Part shown: positions 1 through 12,715 of the stretch, one piece after another
Layout: the number at the start of each line of letters is the position of its first letter
Position numbering within the stretch: the stretch's first letter is position 1
DNA from: Octopus bimaculoides
Lineage: Eukaryota
Direction: 5' to 3'
DNA: 64,000 nt
Assembly (NCBI RefSeq): GCF_001194135.2
Contig: NC_068981.1
Span: forward strand, 58,841,432 to 58,905,431
Position numbers and translations under genes: made by a program
Notes under the pieces: generated by a model
Told to the model about the DNA's origin: nothing
What the model saw: the letters and a program-made list of their open reading frames with translations, nothing else
The model's database searches: none

Positions 1-629
1 ACAAGTAATGGAAACAGATTGGATAGAATACTTAAATAGATTTTAATTAACTCTGACTTTTCACTCTTCGCAAAAAACTGAAAACCACTCCCCCCACCCC
101 ACCACCACCACCACCAACAACAACACCACCATCACCAACAACAACAATAACGACAACAAACAAACAAGCAAACAAAATTTGAATTAGAATATTTTGTCAA
201 TAGAAATTCATCCTTATTACAGGTCAAGAGAAAATTAAGACCAATGTAATTAATTTCAGTATTACTGCATGCTAGGTTATATTGCAATAAAACATATCAG
301 TAATTAAGAACTTTTAATGCAGTTGTGTTTTGTAGAAAAACTAAAACAAACAGGGATATTTCACATTTAAAATGCGTCTAATGAAAAAGAAATGGTCTTC
401 TCCAAGTTGCATTATAAAATAAAGCTGTGGTTGTAAGAGGCACATGTCCAAGTGATACATCGAAATTTAAAGTTTTTTGAAATGATAAGTTGTGAGTTAT
501 AATCGTTAAGTTGATGAATCGAAAAAATGAAGATGAAGTTACTAATGGAACAATATCCGAAGTAGGTAAATTTATGGCGATTTTATTGACCTTTCAATGT
601 ATCCATCCATTATTATATATCCTTTCTAA

Positions 630-850
630 GGTGGTGAGCTGGCAGGATCGTTTGCACCCCGGGTAAAATGCTGAGAAGCATTTCTTCTGGTTTTGCGTTT
701 TGAGTTCAAATTCCATCGAGGACGACTTTGCCTTCAGGTTCTGAGTTCAAATTCCGCCGAGGTTAACTTTATCTTTCATTCTTTCGGAGTCGATAAAATA
801 AGTACTAGTTGAGCACTAAAATTGCTGGTTTGTGTCAAAAATTTGAAACC
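630..850 (+). mobile_element. tRNA-derived SINE family A, degenerate, with internal duplication of the B-box segment
   Basis: GGTGGTGAGCTGGCAGGATCG head; GAGTTCAAATTCC box B present twice; GTCGATAAAATAAGTAC body; ...AAAATTTGAAACC tail. Confidence 0.85.
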
Positions 851-870
851 ATTATTATATATTGTCTGAA

Positions 871-1092
871 GGCGACGAGCTGGCAGAATCGTTAGCGCGT
901 CGGACAAAATGCTTAGCGGCATTTCTTCTGGTTTTGCGTTCTGAGTTCAAATTCCACCGAGGACGACTTTGCTTTTCATCTTTTCAGGGTCGATGAAATG
1001 AGTACTAGTTGAGCACTGGTGTCGATGTAATTGACCAGACCCCCCACCCCGCAAAAAATTAAGGCCGCGTGCCTATAGTAGAAAGGATTATT
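871..1092 (+). mobile_element. SINE family A, full length
   Basis: GGCGACGAGCTGGCAGAATCGTTAG box A, GAGTTCAAATTCC box B, tail GGCCGCGTGCCTATAGTAGAAAGG followed by ATTATT. Confidence 0.9.
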
Positions 1093-1106
1093 ATAATTTG
1101 TCGGAA

Positions 1107-1335
1107 GGCGGCGAGCTGGCAGAATCGTTAGCACGCCGGGCGAAATGCTTAGCGGTATTTCGTCTGTCGTTACGTTCTGAGTTCAAATTCCGCCGAGGTC
1201 GACTTTGCCTTTCATCCTTTCGGGGTCGATAAATTAAGTACCAGTTACGCACTGGGTCGATGTAATCGACTCAATCCGTTCGTCTGTCCTTGTTTGTTCC
1301 CTCTATGTTTAGCCCCTTGTGGGCAATAAAGAAAT
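1107..1335 (+). mobile_element. SINE family A, young subfamily with a distinct 3' tail
   Basis: Near-consensus head and body; tail ...GTTTAGCCCCTTGTGGGCAATAAAGAAAT differs from neighbouring copies. Confidence 0.92.
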
Positions 1336-1339
1336 GAGA

Positions 1340-1545
1340 ATCTTTTGCACGTCGGACAGAATGTTTAACAGCATTTCTTCCAACTCCTTACTTTCTGAGT
1401 TCAAATTCTGTCAAAGTCAACTTTGCCTTTCATTCTTTCAGAGTCGATAAAATAAGCACCTGTTGAGCATTGAGATTGATGTAATAAACTTATGATTCTC
1501 CTGAAAATTTCTGGCATTGTGCCAAAATTATAAAGATTAATTATA
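1340..1545 (+). mobile_element. SINE family A, 5'-truncated degenerate copy
   Basis: CTGAGTTCAAATTCTG, GTCGATAAAATAAGCACC and TGTGCCAAAATT motifs. Confidence 0.8.
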
Positions 1546-1559
1546 TATATTGTCTAGAC

Positions 1560-2600
1560 TAGTGGGAAAATTCGAACGAAATGTACCGGTTTTTTAAAGT
1601 GGATAAGCGTGCATATAATAATTTCTGGGGCTTAATTCATTGTTAACTGTCGGCAGGTGTTTTATGTTTATTTTATAAATACTCTTGCAATAGAAACTTT
1701 AACACGTCACCTAAATTGAGGCTATTAATTTTTATATTTCGACAAATTATGGAAGAACGCATTCTCTGTAACAAACGAGTAATTATTGCTTTTATAGACG
1801 CGAGGCTGCATTTGTTATTTGTGCACACATCGGATTTCTGGAAATATATTAATGTTAAGGCTGTATGAATCTTACCCGGTCGCTGCAATAAATATACGAT
1901 GCTTCAGCCAGTTCAGTCGAAATTAAATATAAAACATCCGGCTATTTTCCAATCCGAATAACGTTAGACAGGGCCATGCCCTCTCATTTATATTATTAAA
2001 TGTTGTCATCGATGCAATAATGATGAAAATTTTCAATTCCGAATGGGTTACACAGTTTGACCAGAATGGATATATCACCGATATATATTTGCTGACGGTA
2101 GTGCATTGTTTGCTGGCATAGTAAAGCGTAAGAGTTCCTGAGAAATATCCAAAATATAGTTTAAAAATACGTTCTTAATATCATTGGGGATCAAACCAAA
2201 ATATAAATGGTGCTTCGACCAATGTTATGTTAGATGGAACATAGTTAAAATAGTTACTGTATTTAGTTATATGCAGAGGAAAACAAAATTGCTGTACCAC
2301 CAGATGTTAAAAATGGAAATCCATTTAGAATCTTCTGCCTTTGTTCATCTAAATTAGTTTGTTTGGAAACAATAGAATAACTCATTCCACACTAAATAGT
2401 CTTTCGGCAAAGGTATTCCTTTTAAAAGACTTACAACAGATTCAAATCTTTCTGGAGCAATGCCCATAATTCGATACCACTCAACAATACTGGCAAGCAC
2501 ATGAGAAAAGGAATTTTAAATTTCTTCTATATGTCAATAACCTTGCATGTTTGATGCTAAAAGCTTACGTTCTCAACACAGAAATTTGAGTTGATCAAGA
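1560..2600 (+). mobile_element. RTE-like non-LTR retrotransposon, degenerate reverse transcriptase fragment
   Basis: Interrupted translation gives QIMEERILCNKRVIIAFID, RQGHALSFILLNVVIDAIM (RT QG motif) and YIFADGSALF (YADD-like); many stops and frameshifts. Confidence 0.75.
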
Positions 2601-3553
2601 CGCGAACTAGTTCTGTTTAACCGCTGTAATTTAGTCTCAAACGCTATCCGATCAACTTCAGGATTTATAAGGGTAAACAGTGAACAAATCATCGGATATA
2701 AATCAATTCAATCAGTATTATAAATATTTGTTAACTTTATCCTGTATTAACATTAGTTTGCCGTTATGTCCTTCCTGACATCTTGTTAGCTTAACAATGT
2801 ATCTACAGAAATGCTGTCAAAGTATTTGCTTTTCTTCACCACTAAACCTATTTGATAATATATAACTCACTTAACCGCAAATAAAACATTTCTGCTAAAA
2901 GCTTATTTCCAAATTTTTTGAAGCGGAAATTAACGGACACCTTAAAAAAAAGGGGGAAAAAGGAAAGAAATAAAAGAAAAAGGATAAATGTATAATGATA
3001 GCAAATTTTTGTTGTTTACAACTAATTTCTGAAATAATGTGGTCGATTCTATTAACAACTTAACCGTGCTGGTATTTTCATTTTTTGAATTGGAACAATA
3101 TCAGTTTTTACAAAGAAGGAAAGAATAATGGATTAGTTCGATTTTGATACGTCATTTGTTCTTATTTCATCGATACCGTTCCTAAAAAAGGCGATGTCGA
3201 TTTCGGTAGACATAAATTCAGAATGTAAAAAAATATCAGGTGAAAGATTTAGATGAATATAGTCTGACGCTTATACTTTTTTTAAGTTTGCTGCTAATAC
3301 AATAAATAAAACAAATAATAAAGATTCATTTTGATTTGATATAAAGCTATGCTTTGTATGAGAGGGCCATAATCTTTCCTGCGAATCTCTAATACGGTAT
3401 TTCTTTCGATAATGAAACAGAGATGCCATGAATTTACTTTTCATTGTTTAAAATTGATGATGAAAAAATATTTTGAAGTGCAGTGTCATGAAACAGTTTG
3501 AGTTGATTTCTTGGCTATTCTGTATCGAAATAAACTCTAATTGACCAAGCAAA

Positions 3554-3770
3554 GGCAGCAAGCTGGCAGAATCGTTAGCTCACCGGGCAAAATGCTTAGC
3601 AGCATTTCGTCCGTCTTTACGTTCTGAGTTCAAATTCCACTGAGGTCGACTTTGCGTTTATCCTTACGGGGTCGATAAAATAAATAGCAGTTGAGCACAG
3701 GGGTCAACGTAATCAACTGCCCCCTCCCACAAATTTAAGGCCTTGTGCTTATAGTTGAAAGGATTATTAT
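3554..3770 (+). mobile_element. SINE family A
   Basis: Box A/B head, GTCGACTTTGC..GGGGTCGATAAAATAA body, GGCCTTGTGCTTATAGTTGAAAGG tail plus ATTATTATT. Confidence 0.9.
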
Positions 3771-3789
3771 TGGCCTAGATGTGCTACCG

Positions 3790-4245
3790 AAGAACATTAA
3801 CGCGTCGAGGTAAAATGTACAAGTATAGAAGCGCCACTAGGCGGACCTGTTTGAGGTGTGCGCAGAGCGTTGAAGCTGTACTAAACACATTTGTGTGATG
3901 CCAAAAACGTTGCTGACTTGTGGAGTCATGTGGAACAACTGTTGTAGTGTGTAGGAAGGACCCGCCTATCGGCCGAGTCCTTTGTTGCTGTATCACTCAT
4001 GACCCTCTTTTAATAAAGCTGGGCAGATAGATTTCCTCTGTCTGGTGGCTATAGAAAATAAGATTGCGTGGTGGTCAAGACTGAGAGGATTGCTGGAAGA
4101 CACTTTCCTCTTCGGTGAAGACCTCATCAACTTTTTAAAGTTCAACTTGGATAGGAAAGAGAGGTTGGAAAGAGAAGTGCTCTCCTCTAGTGAATCGGCC
4201 AAAAGATGGGTGAGAATGGAGAAAATCTTGTGGTGCATGTGTTGC
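3790..4245 (+). mobile_element. Tx1/L1-like LINE ORF2 C-terminal zinc-knuckle region, degenerate
   Basis: TCLRCAQSVE.. knuckle remnant followed by KIAWWSRLRGLLEDTFLFGEDLINFLKFNLDRKERLEREVL..KRWV, typical of Tx1-clade ORF2 ends. Confidence 0.6.
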
Positions 4246-4249
4246 CAAT

Positions 4250-4920
4250 ATGAAACCTTTCGTCTTTGTTTTTATTCTTGAACACCTCAACCATTGATGG
4301 GCTGTTTCCTGGTTTATATTGTTATTTTTGCTTCGGAGCATATACTAATGATGCAGAAGCTTTTGTCTCCATCCGTCTTCCACTTATTCTTTGTCTTACA
4401 TTTTCACCAGCAGCTTGATGAATTTAGCTCACTCGATAGCGGTTTTTTCCTCTTGTTCGCTTATTTCAAGGTTTATATTGAATTCAGTGGTATATTTTTA
4501 CATTATTTTTTGCTACTGTTGAACCTGTTGAAATATCCAAGCTTTTGTGAAACCTTGGTACATAATCTCCCCTATAGTTGTTTTATATGATAAATCAAGT
4601 CTTGTCATTCTCCTGGCCCCTTTGCTTCTCTGCAGATACGGATGATCAATATCTGCTAAGATATTGTCGCTGCATGTGAATATCTTTTAGACGTTTGTGT
4701 GTATCAGTTTAATTTCGTTTATGTTGTAGTTTATGATGCTAAAGCTGTAAGTTACAACTGAGACTGCTGAGTGTTTACGGCGTTTATTCTAGTTTTGGTA
4801 TACAGCTCACTCTTTAGAATGGCTCTTACTCTCTTTCATTAATCTATCCAGAGCTATTTGTGGATGTCGTCCTAATCTAGGTTTTTGATTACTGTGTCTG
4901 TGCCAAGGCTATGTAGGGCT
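4250..4920 (-). mobile_element. R4/Dong-like (RLE) LINE, RT thumb fragment
   Basis: Minus strand reads ADIDHPYLQRSKGARR (cf. ADIDRLYLPRxEGGRG) with an upstream INAV..AVVTYSF-like segment. Confidence 0.7.
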
Positions 4921-5294
4921 CAAAGCTGCTCAGCTGTTGGGTTTTCCCCCCGAAGAAACGGAAACAGAAAGGTAGCAGCAGGCAACATAAGCGGCAGGGA
5001 AGGCCTCTAAAGTGTAAATGTGTGTTTATTGTGAGGGGAAGATCACGACTGCTGCCATTATTTTCAAAATTCTACCAATCTCCACTCCGAAGATAGCGAG
5101 GGCAAAAACACAAAGTTGCTTCGACGTCATCACCATCGACATGAGTGGCTTTGGAGGTAGACATCGAAAATCTGAAGGATCAGCTACAACCTAATAGACA
5201 AATGCAGCCAGAGGCTTTGAACAGCATTTCCAATCCATTATGTCGCAACGAGAAGAGCATGGAAGTTGTGAAAGAAACTTGAAAATGGTTTTTT

Positions 5295-5496
5295 TTTCTA
5301 TCTTTTACTTGTTTTTAGGCATCGCCCCGAAGTGATTAGTGAAACAAATCAATCCCAGTTCATATTTTTAAAGCCTGGTACTTTTTAATCGGTTTCTTTT
5401 GCTAAACTGCTAAATTACGGGGATGTAAATAAACCAACTTCGGTTGGCGAACAATGGGGAAGGACAAACGCAAAGTCACCCACACATAAAGACAAC

Positions 5497-5573
<77 letters not shown>

Positions 5574-5735
5574 TGGGCTTCCACACTCTCTCCGCCTATT
5601 AAATTCACCCACCTGGCAATGGTCGGTCTGAGGCTATAGTAGCTTTTACTATCCAAGGTACCGCGTAGTAGGACTGAATCCAAACCACGTGGTTGCAAAG
5701 CGAGTTTCTTTATCACGCAACCATGTCTGCGCTTG
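5295..5735 (-). mobile_element. tRNA-derived SINE family B with internal (CA)n
   Basis: Degenerate match to the intact copy at 54073-54483 (AAGTTACGGGGA, GAGGCTATAGTAG, GGACTGAA..AACCA..TGGTTG). Confidence 0.8.
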
Positions 5736-6344
5736 TTGACAGAAAGAAAGAGAGGTAGAACGCAAAACGGAGGGGAGAACAATAAAAGAAAAAAAGGTAA
5801 AAGGAAGGAGGAAACCCCCTAAAGAAAGCTGACTCTCTCCCACATTGCCTAAATTTCACGGCTCTCAGAAAGAATGTCAACCAAGCAAAACATATTGTGG
5901 TGGCTGGGGAGGGCGTAAAGGTTATACACCAAGAAAAATGATCCCAACGGATACGCTGTTGGCGATAACTGCACAAACGGTTTATTTACAGTCAATAGAA
6001 CACTCTCCAGAGGGTGTGGGTTATTTCGTGGGTTGGCTAAAGCGAAGGGTGCTCATGCTTGGCTTCGAAAGATCAGTTATTGAATTCTCACTTCGGTGAA
6101 AGAGTCAATTATTAAACTCTACCGGGAGATTGCTGTTGTAAGTTAAAAATGCTTGGAGTGAAATGTGTATGGAGGTGTGGGGTGGCTTGGTTTTCCCTAG
6201 GTGACAGTTTCCCAATCCTTTGTAGGTGAATGCTTTTGCTTTTGTTTACGTACACTGCATTTAATATTGCTTTCAAATTTTGGTACAAGACCAGCAAGTT
6301 TTAGGAGAGCGGGTAAGTTGATTACGTCAATTCCATTAATGAAT

Positions 6345-6462
6345 TACTACTTATTTTATCGTCCTGGAAAGGATGACAAGCAGAGCTGACCTCAGTGAAA
6401 TTTGAACTCAGAATGTAAAGACGGATGAAATGCCGCTAAGCATTCGGCCAACTTGCCGCCTT
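6345..6462 (-). mobile_element. SINE family A fragment
   Basis: Reverse complement of head: TTTGAACTCAGAATGTAAAGACGGATGAAATGCCGCTAAGCATT..GCCAACTTGCCGCC. Confidence 0.85.
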
Positions 6463-6599
6463 ATATTGTATCTAATATTCAAACTGTTTTCTTGTGTTGT
6501 ATTTCTCACTTTTATGTACACTATATGTACACTCTATATGAAATGTTTTTATTTTAGCATTGTAGAGTAAAATCTCGTTGAATATTATTCGTGTTCTGC

Positions 6600-9570
6600 A
6601 CGAATGTCTTACATTCGGAATCAATGTCTTTGATACCGTATCACAACCAGTTTCCTTAGATATCGAGGACCTTTATTTACAGTCCTAGCTGTTCTCAAAA
6701 GAGCAAATTTCTGAATTAATGCAACTATCGTAGTTACACCAACCTCAATAAGGAAACTATCTGTTGGTGGTGATATTTAGAAGACCTATAACAACTGGGA
6801 TTTTTTTGCAGAAACCCTCCACATTCTTTGTATTTCTCTCGTCAAATCTTGGTATTTTCCTATTTTTTCCTCTTCTTTGACTGCTACATTAATGTCCGCA
6901 GATATAGCCACATATATGATGATGTGCTGTCCCCCCACTTAATCCATTACGGCAATAGTTGGTCGCCTTGCATGAAGTTTGCAGTACATTAAAATCCCAT
7001 TAGACCTTATACTGATCGTTCTTTATTGCACTTTCTGGTTGATGTTGGTACCATTTTCTTCCTACTTTAAATCCTCTTTGCTGTAATATGTTCCAGTATC
7101 GTGCCTTGGTCACACAGTTGTGTCAGCGTCTATATTCTTTCTGTGCCAAACACTACAGGAACTTACTATGTGCATAGCGCGTTCCTTTTTCTCATTACAT
7201 ACTCTGGATTTTGCACTTCTTGCGGATTTGTCTATTTAGGCCTTAATGATATTCATCTGGAATGACTGGCTTTGAGTAGCTATTATAAGTCCTTCCGTTT
7301 CTTTCTTGAGGTCTCCATTCTTCAGCCATAACCAAGACGTCCTGCGTTTGTTTGAGATGCTGACCGTGTAGTTCTTTTCTCCAGATATTTCTTTTTCGCT
7401 CCTGTTTTCTTCTTTTCTTGTATTCAATTGCATTTGTCACAGTTTCTTTCTCCTCTCCCCCTGCAGGTGAAATCAATCTTTCTGAGTTGCTTCTCACCTA
7501 TTCTTCTATGTCATCTATGCGCAGTCTTTTTTTTTTACATAACTCCTCTCCCCACCCCCGACACCGTCTCTAGGATGTAGCGACCTGTACATGGACATTG
7601 TCTTTCTGGTTTTACAATCTATGTCTCTTAGTTCTACCTTGGTTCAGTTCAGGAAAGCAGCACAATATCAGATTAGAGAGACCATCCATGTATTTACTGC
7701 AGAGATGTTTTTCCCTCCATTCAGTTTTGAGCTTACCACTTTTTTTTACTCACCTGAGATATTTATTCCCCACCTTCTCTTTCATTTATTGACAGAGAAT
7801 TCTATCTCCTTCTAATACACTTAGGTACTTGTAACTGTCACCCTCATTCATTGCTCGGATTGATGATTCATCTGGAAGTTTAATCCCTTTTGACTTGGAT
7901 ATTTTTCGTCTTTTTATCACTAGCACCGTAAATTTATCGATTCCAAACTTCAAGCCTGTGTCATCACTCACAACTCTAACAGTCTGAAGCAGTGAATCTA
8001 AAGCTTTCTCACTTTTGGCAAATAATTTCAGGTTTATTTTCTCATCACTACTAAATTCGTAGCATGATTTAGCCCCTTTCAAGGTCAATGTAAGAGAGAT
8101 AAGAGCTATCACGAATAGCAGTGGTGAGAGTGTATCACCTTGGGATATTTCCCTACTTATGCTGACATCACTTAATTTATCTTGTCCTGATGTTACTCTA
8201 ATCCTCCATTTTGGTATACTATTTTGTAAGAGCTAGACAACATTCTCGACTATCCCAGATATATTGAGTCATTCTAGGATTCATTAGTGTGGAATACCCT
8301 GATTGGCCTTTTGATAATCAATCCATGCAGTTGCTAAGTTTTCCTTCTTGCATATAACGTCATGGAGGACACGCTGATCTATATCTAATTGGTCGTTTAT
8401 CCCTTTAGAACATTTTCTACATTCTTTCTATTCTTCAGGCAGTAGATCGCCCTCCCCAAGATAATTATATATATCTTTTGTAATAACACCTGTTAGCAAC
8501 TTCCACATCAGCAGAAGGCAAGTTATTGGTTGGTGGTTGGTGGTTGCTTGCTATATTTCCTTATTTTTGATAATTCAGTATCAGAACCGTCCTACCTTTC
8601 GTCATCCATTCAGGAGTATCTCCTGTCGCAATTCAATTATTTATTTGTGTGTTCATTCTATCATGATGCGCAGTGAAACGTTTTAGCCAAAATCCAGTTA
8701 GGCGTCCCTTTCAAGACATTTTTCAACTTTTCTCCTGTGATCTCCGTATTTTTCTGCTTTGGCAATTCTGCATTCTTTGCTTTTATCTTTTTCAACCATT
8801 CTGTATCACCATTGTGTTTCACTTCATGACTCCAAATGTTTCTCTAGCATTCCTTTGTCTCTTCCTTGTTAGGCGATATGCCCATTGTAACATCTCCATT
8901 TAGTTCCTTGTAAAATCTAATTTGATCTGGTTCGAAGAACTTAAGTTTCTCTAAACTGTGCAATTCTGCTATTGTATCTCGTGATCTTGGCAGCTTTCGA
9001 ATTTATCCTTTGTTTTAATTCTTCCATTACTCTTCTATATCCTTTTTGTTACGGTTAGTACTTTCTTTGGATTGCTTCATAGAGTCTGGTCTTTACATTA
9101 TCCCCGTTGCTAAGAACCTCTAACCCGTGCAAGATCTTTTCGCAGCTGGTCTGCTTCTCCCTGTAATCGTCATTGTCACCAGGGTTATCTTTCTTTCTTT
9201 TGGGGTTGTGGGCTTCTTTCTTACCGCAGTAGCTAGATAACGATCGGGCCTACCTTGCGAGAAATCTTCTCTGTTATCAGTTCCACCTTCATTCACGCCG
9301 TTGTTCAATACATTTGTATTTGACATTTTCATTGATAATGAGGTTTGTGGTTATGAGGTAACACAGCCACTGGTGTTTTTATTGAGACACCACCTCTAGA
9401 GGGGTTGCCGACCAAAGCTAAAGAGACACTCCCCATCCCATGAGACAGACTTAACCCCACCAGACGCCTACGTGGTATTCCATAGTCTCGAATGAAGATA
9501 GCTATGGTTAGGGATAACCTCCTTATTCCCACGTTTAGACCTCGCAACCAGATGCAGTTTAATGTCATAT
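6600..9570 (-). mobile_element. R4/Dong-like RLE LINE, near full extent but degenerate (5' leader, N-terminus, RT, zinc knuckle, RLE)
   Basis: EELKQRINSKAAKITRY N-terminal motif; QGDTLSPLLFVIAL; LKLFAKSEKALDSLLQTVRVVSDDTGLKFGIDK; WLKNGDLKKETEGLIIA; downstream RLE remnants. Confidence 0.85.
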
Positions 9571-9689
9571 TATTATTCTTACTATTTGCTTGTATCGTTG
9601 CCGATGGTGGTGGTAGCTCTCTTGTTGTAAACTATATTGTTACTTTTGGAGTTGTTGCTGTCTTTGTTATTATTTTCGTTATTCGTGCA

Positions 9690-10130
9690 TGATATTCACC
9701 AAATCTTTTGATCCAGTAGTCTTGAACTCCATCCGGTCCCGGGGCCTTCAAGCTGCTCATTTTTTGCCGATTTCCTTCACTCCCACAACCGAAATGACTA
9801 ATTCTGCCTGTTTTGGACAGACTACTGTTTGTTTCAGTTCTTGCAACCATTCAGCATCTTTCTTGTGCTCCTTGTCTTTTCTCCAGATGTTACTCCAAAA
9901 CCTTTGACTTTCATTGTTATCTGGTATCAACTTTTCATCTGTACACTCTCCATTTATTTCTTTATAGAATCTCTTCTGATGTACTCTGAATAACCTATTC
10001 TGCTGGTATCCCTTCATTCTTTGGTCGTATCTTACCTTCTTTGCTTTCTTTGCAACGAGGCGCTGTTTCAGTTCCTCTACTACTACTTTCATGATGGAAG
10101 CATTGATATCCATCTGTCAATGTTCAGAGG
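9690..10130 (-). mobile_element. R4/Dong-like LINE fragment (pre-RT region)
   Basis: ORF 9757-10113 EELKQRLVAKKAKKVRYDQRMKGYQQNRLF..QKRFYKEI, then KAPGPDGVQDYWIK. Confidence 0.85.
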
Positions 10131-10229
10131 CATTTTCTGTTGCCACTGGAACCAAGCAGGTCTGTGTTTTAGCCCTTGTACTTGAACCATATTCTTTTCA
10201 ATAATGCTCCAACATACTTTTAGGGATTA

Positions 10230-10930
10230 CCATGAATGTGTAAAATTCCAGTTTCGCAGAGGAGGTCTACAAAACATAAAAGGGCAAAGTTTTAGATCAA
10301 AGAAAAAGAACAAGAAAAATATTGTACATGATTTTTCTATTTGCTGATGATTGCGCTTTGATTCCTTATAGATTTGAGGGACTTCAGGAAACAGTCGACA
10401 GATTTGCAGCGGCAGCTCGTGCATTTGGACTGACAATCAGCATCAAGAAGACTGGAGTTTTATTTCAACCTAAGCCTGGAGCAGAGCATACTCAAGATTC
10501 AAATGTGGTGTTTGACAAGAAGCCACTCAAATGAATCAGGTCATTTGAATATCATAGAAGTACAGTAAAATTTAAGAGTGCTCTGACTGGCGAAATCAAT
10601 GTTAGAATATCTAAGGTAACAAGTGCTTTTGGAAAACTTTCCCATCGTTTGTGGGATGAACACGGTGTCAGTCTGAAAACTAAAATAAGTGTATACAAAT
10701 CTTGTATTTTAAGCACATTTCTGTATGGGGCAGAAGCATAGACTCCTTACTATAGGCATATAAAGAAACTTGAAAACTTTCACATGTGCTGTCTGCGCAA
10801 TATCTGCAACATAAAATGGTAAGATAAGATATCAAATGTCAAAATCATAGAAAAATGTCATATCTCCAGCATCAAAAGTTTGCTGTTGAGAATTCAGTGC
10901 AGATGGGTAGGATATGTTGAAAGATAACCG
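10230..10930 (+). mobile_element. RTE/BovB-like LINE, RT core and thumb fragment
   Basis: FLFADDCAL..LQETVDRFAAAARAFGLTISIKKT..QPKPG; RISKVTSAFGKLSHRLW; TKISVYKSCILSTFLYGAEA. Confidence 0.9.
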
Positions 10931-11320
10931 CATTTACCCAATTCCAGGCAAAATTAAAATCATCAGTGTCACCATTGTGACTTCATAGCAAAATCCATAT
11001 CTGGACTCAAATTACATTCACGCATTCATCGCAAATAGATGCAGCTTCTTTTATTCTTGAAGTTTTCTCTCCCTCTCCCTCGCTCTCTGTCTTTCTCTCT
11101 CTTCTACACNNNNNNNNNNNNNNNNNNNNNNNNNNNNNNNNNNNNNNNNNNNNNNNNNNNNNNNNNNNNNNNNNNNNNNNNNNNNNNNNNNNNNNNNNNN
11201 NNNNNNNNNNNNNNNNNNNNNNNNNNNNNNNNNNNNNNNNNNNNNNNNNNNNNNNNNNNNNNNNNNNNNNNNNNNNNNNNNNNNNNNNNNNNNNNNNNNN
11301 NNNNNNNNNNNNNNNNNNNA

Positions 11321-11350
11321 GTCGATTATATATTATTATTATTATTAAAA

Positions 11351-11412
<62 letters not shown>
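11321..11412. repeat. (TAT)n microsatellite forming the (AAT)n tail or target of the adjacent LINE
   Basis: Long TAT run abutting the LINE 3' UTR. Confidence 0.9.
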
Positions 11413-12480
11413 GTTTGTGCACAGCTTCTAACGCTGGAGATGCCCTACAGTGTCAGCTGTTCACTACCGGTAAACTAAGGTAACACCCCTTATTTTTCAA
11501 GCACCATCCGGAGTATTCGAGCAGTTCCAAGCAGTGCTGTTTTCTGCAAGTGCTCCACCCTTATTGCAGGCCCTATTTGTTCCATGTACTTCTCAAAATT
11601 TTTACTCACTGTTCCCGGGGCTCCGACAATTATTGGTACTACTACCACCATTTTCAGCGACCACAACTGCTTAACTTCCGAAGCTAATCTGTTATATCTA
11701 TCGACATTTCTTTCTTCCTTATCGCATACTTTGTTGTCAGCTAGGCATGCTACATTTATGATCCAGCATCGTTTGCTTTCTTTCTCAATTAACACTATGT
11801 CTGGTTTTCTAGTCTCTATTTCATGGTCGCACTGAATCATAAAATCCCATAGGATCTTTGTATTATCATTTTCGATGATGCCTTCGTACCAGTTTTTTGT
11901 TCTGTCAAGTCCATACTTGTTGCAGAGTATCCAATGGACAATCCTTGCTATATTGTCATGACGTCTCTTATATTCTTTCTGGGCAAATGGCGTACATCGG
12001 CTGGTAATATGCCATACGGTTTCACCATTTTGTCCACAAATTGTGCACTTATTCCTTTCTGCTGTGTTGTCTATTCTGTATTTGATGTAATTGGTTCTTA
12101 ATGCTTGTTCTTGGGCAGAACAGATTAGAGCCTCCGTTTGCGATTTTATATCACTTTTAGTCATCTATAGCCATTCTTTCCTTTATCAACCTATTTTCAG
12201 TTTCATTCATTCTCAAGTGCTTTATCTTTGCAATCTTCCACCCTACACAAGCCTGACCTTCTTACTTCCAATAATAGCGGTTTTGTGGCATTTCTTACAT
12301 ACCATGCTATGTTGTTTACTTCTGCTCTAATGCTGTGTTCGCATCCAGTCAGTCCTTTTCTCCCTCTTTTTCTTGGTACATACAGCCTGTCTGTGTTACT
12401 TTTTGAATGGAGTATCCCATATCTAGCCAGTAACTTCCTTGTCTTTCTGTCTATGCTGTTTAGATCGTCTATTGTTCATA
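11412..12480 (-). mobile_element. 5'-truncated R4/Dong-like LINE: CCHC knuckle, restriction-like endonuclease and 3' UTR
   Basis: ORF 11490-12164: CTICGQNGETVWHITSRC, EYKRRHDNIARIVHW, KILWDFMIQCD..RKPDIV (PD..D/E RLE), LQKTALLGTARILR; 3' UTR ends in (AAT)n. Confidence 0.92.
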
Positions 12481-12504
12481 ATAATGTTATTATTATTATT
12501 AGCG

Positions 12505-12715
12505 TAGCGAACTGGCAGACTCATCAACCGTTGGATAAAATGCTTACCAATATTTCTTCCGGTTCTTTAGTGTCTGAGTTTAAATACCGTCGAGGTCAAC
12601 TTTGCTTTTCTTCTTTGCAGGATTGATAAAATAAAGTACTAGTGAAGAACTGGGGTCGATGTAATCGACTACCCCGCTCCCAAGTCTTCAGGCCCTGTGT
12701 ATATACAAGAAAGAA
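12505..12715 (+). mobile_element. SINE family A, degenerate
   Basis: AACTGGCAGA.., CTGAGTTTAAATACCG, CTGGGGTCGATGTAATCGACT. Confidence 0.8.
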
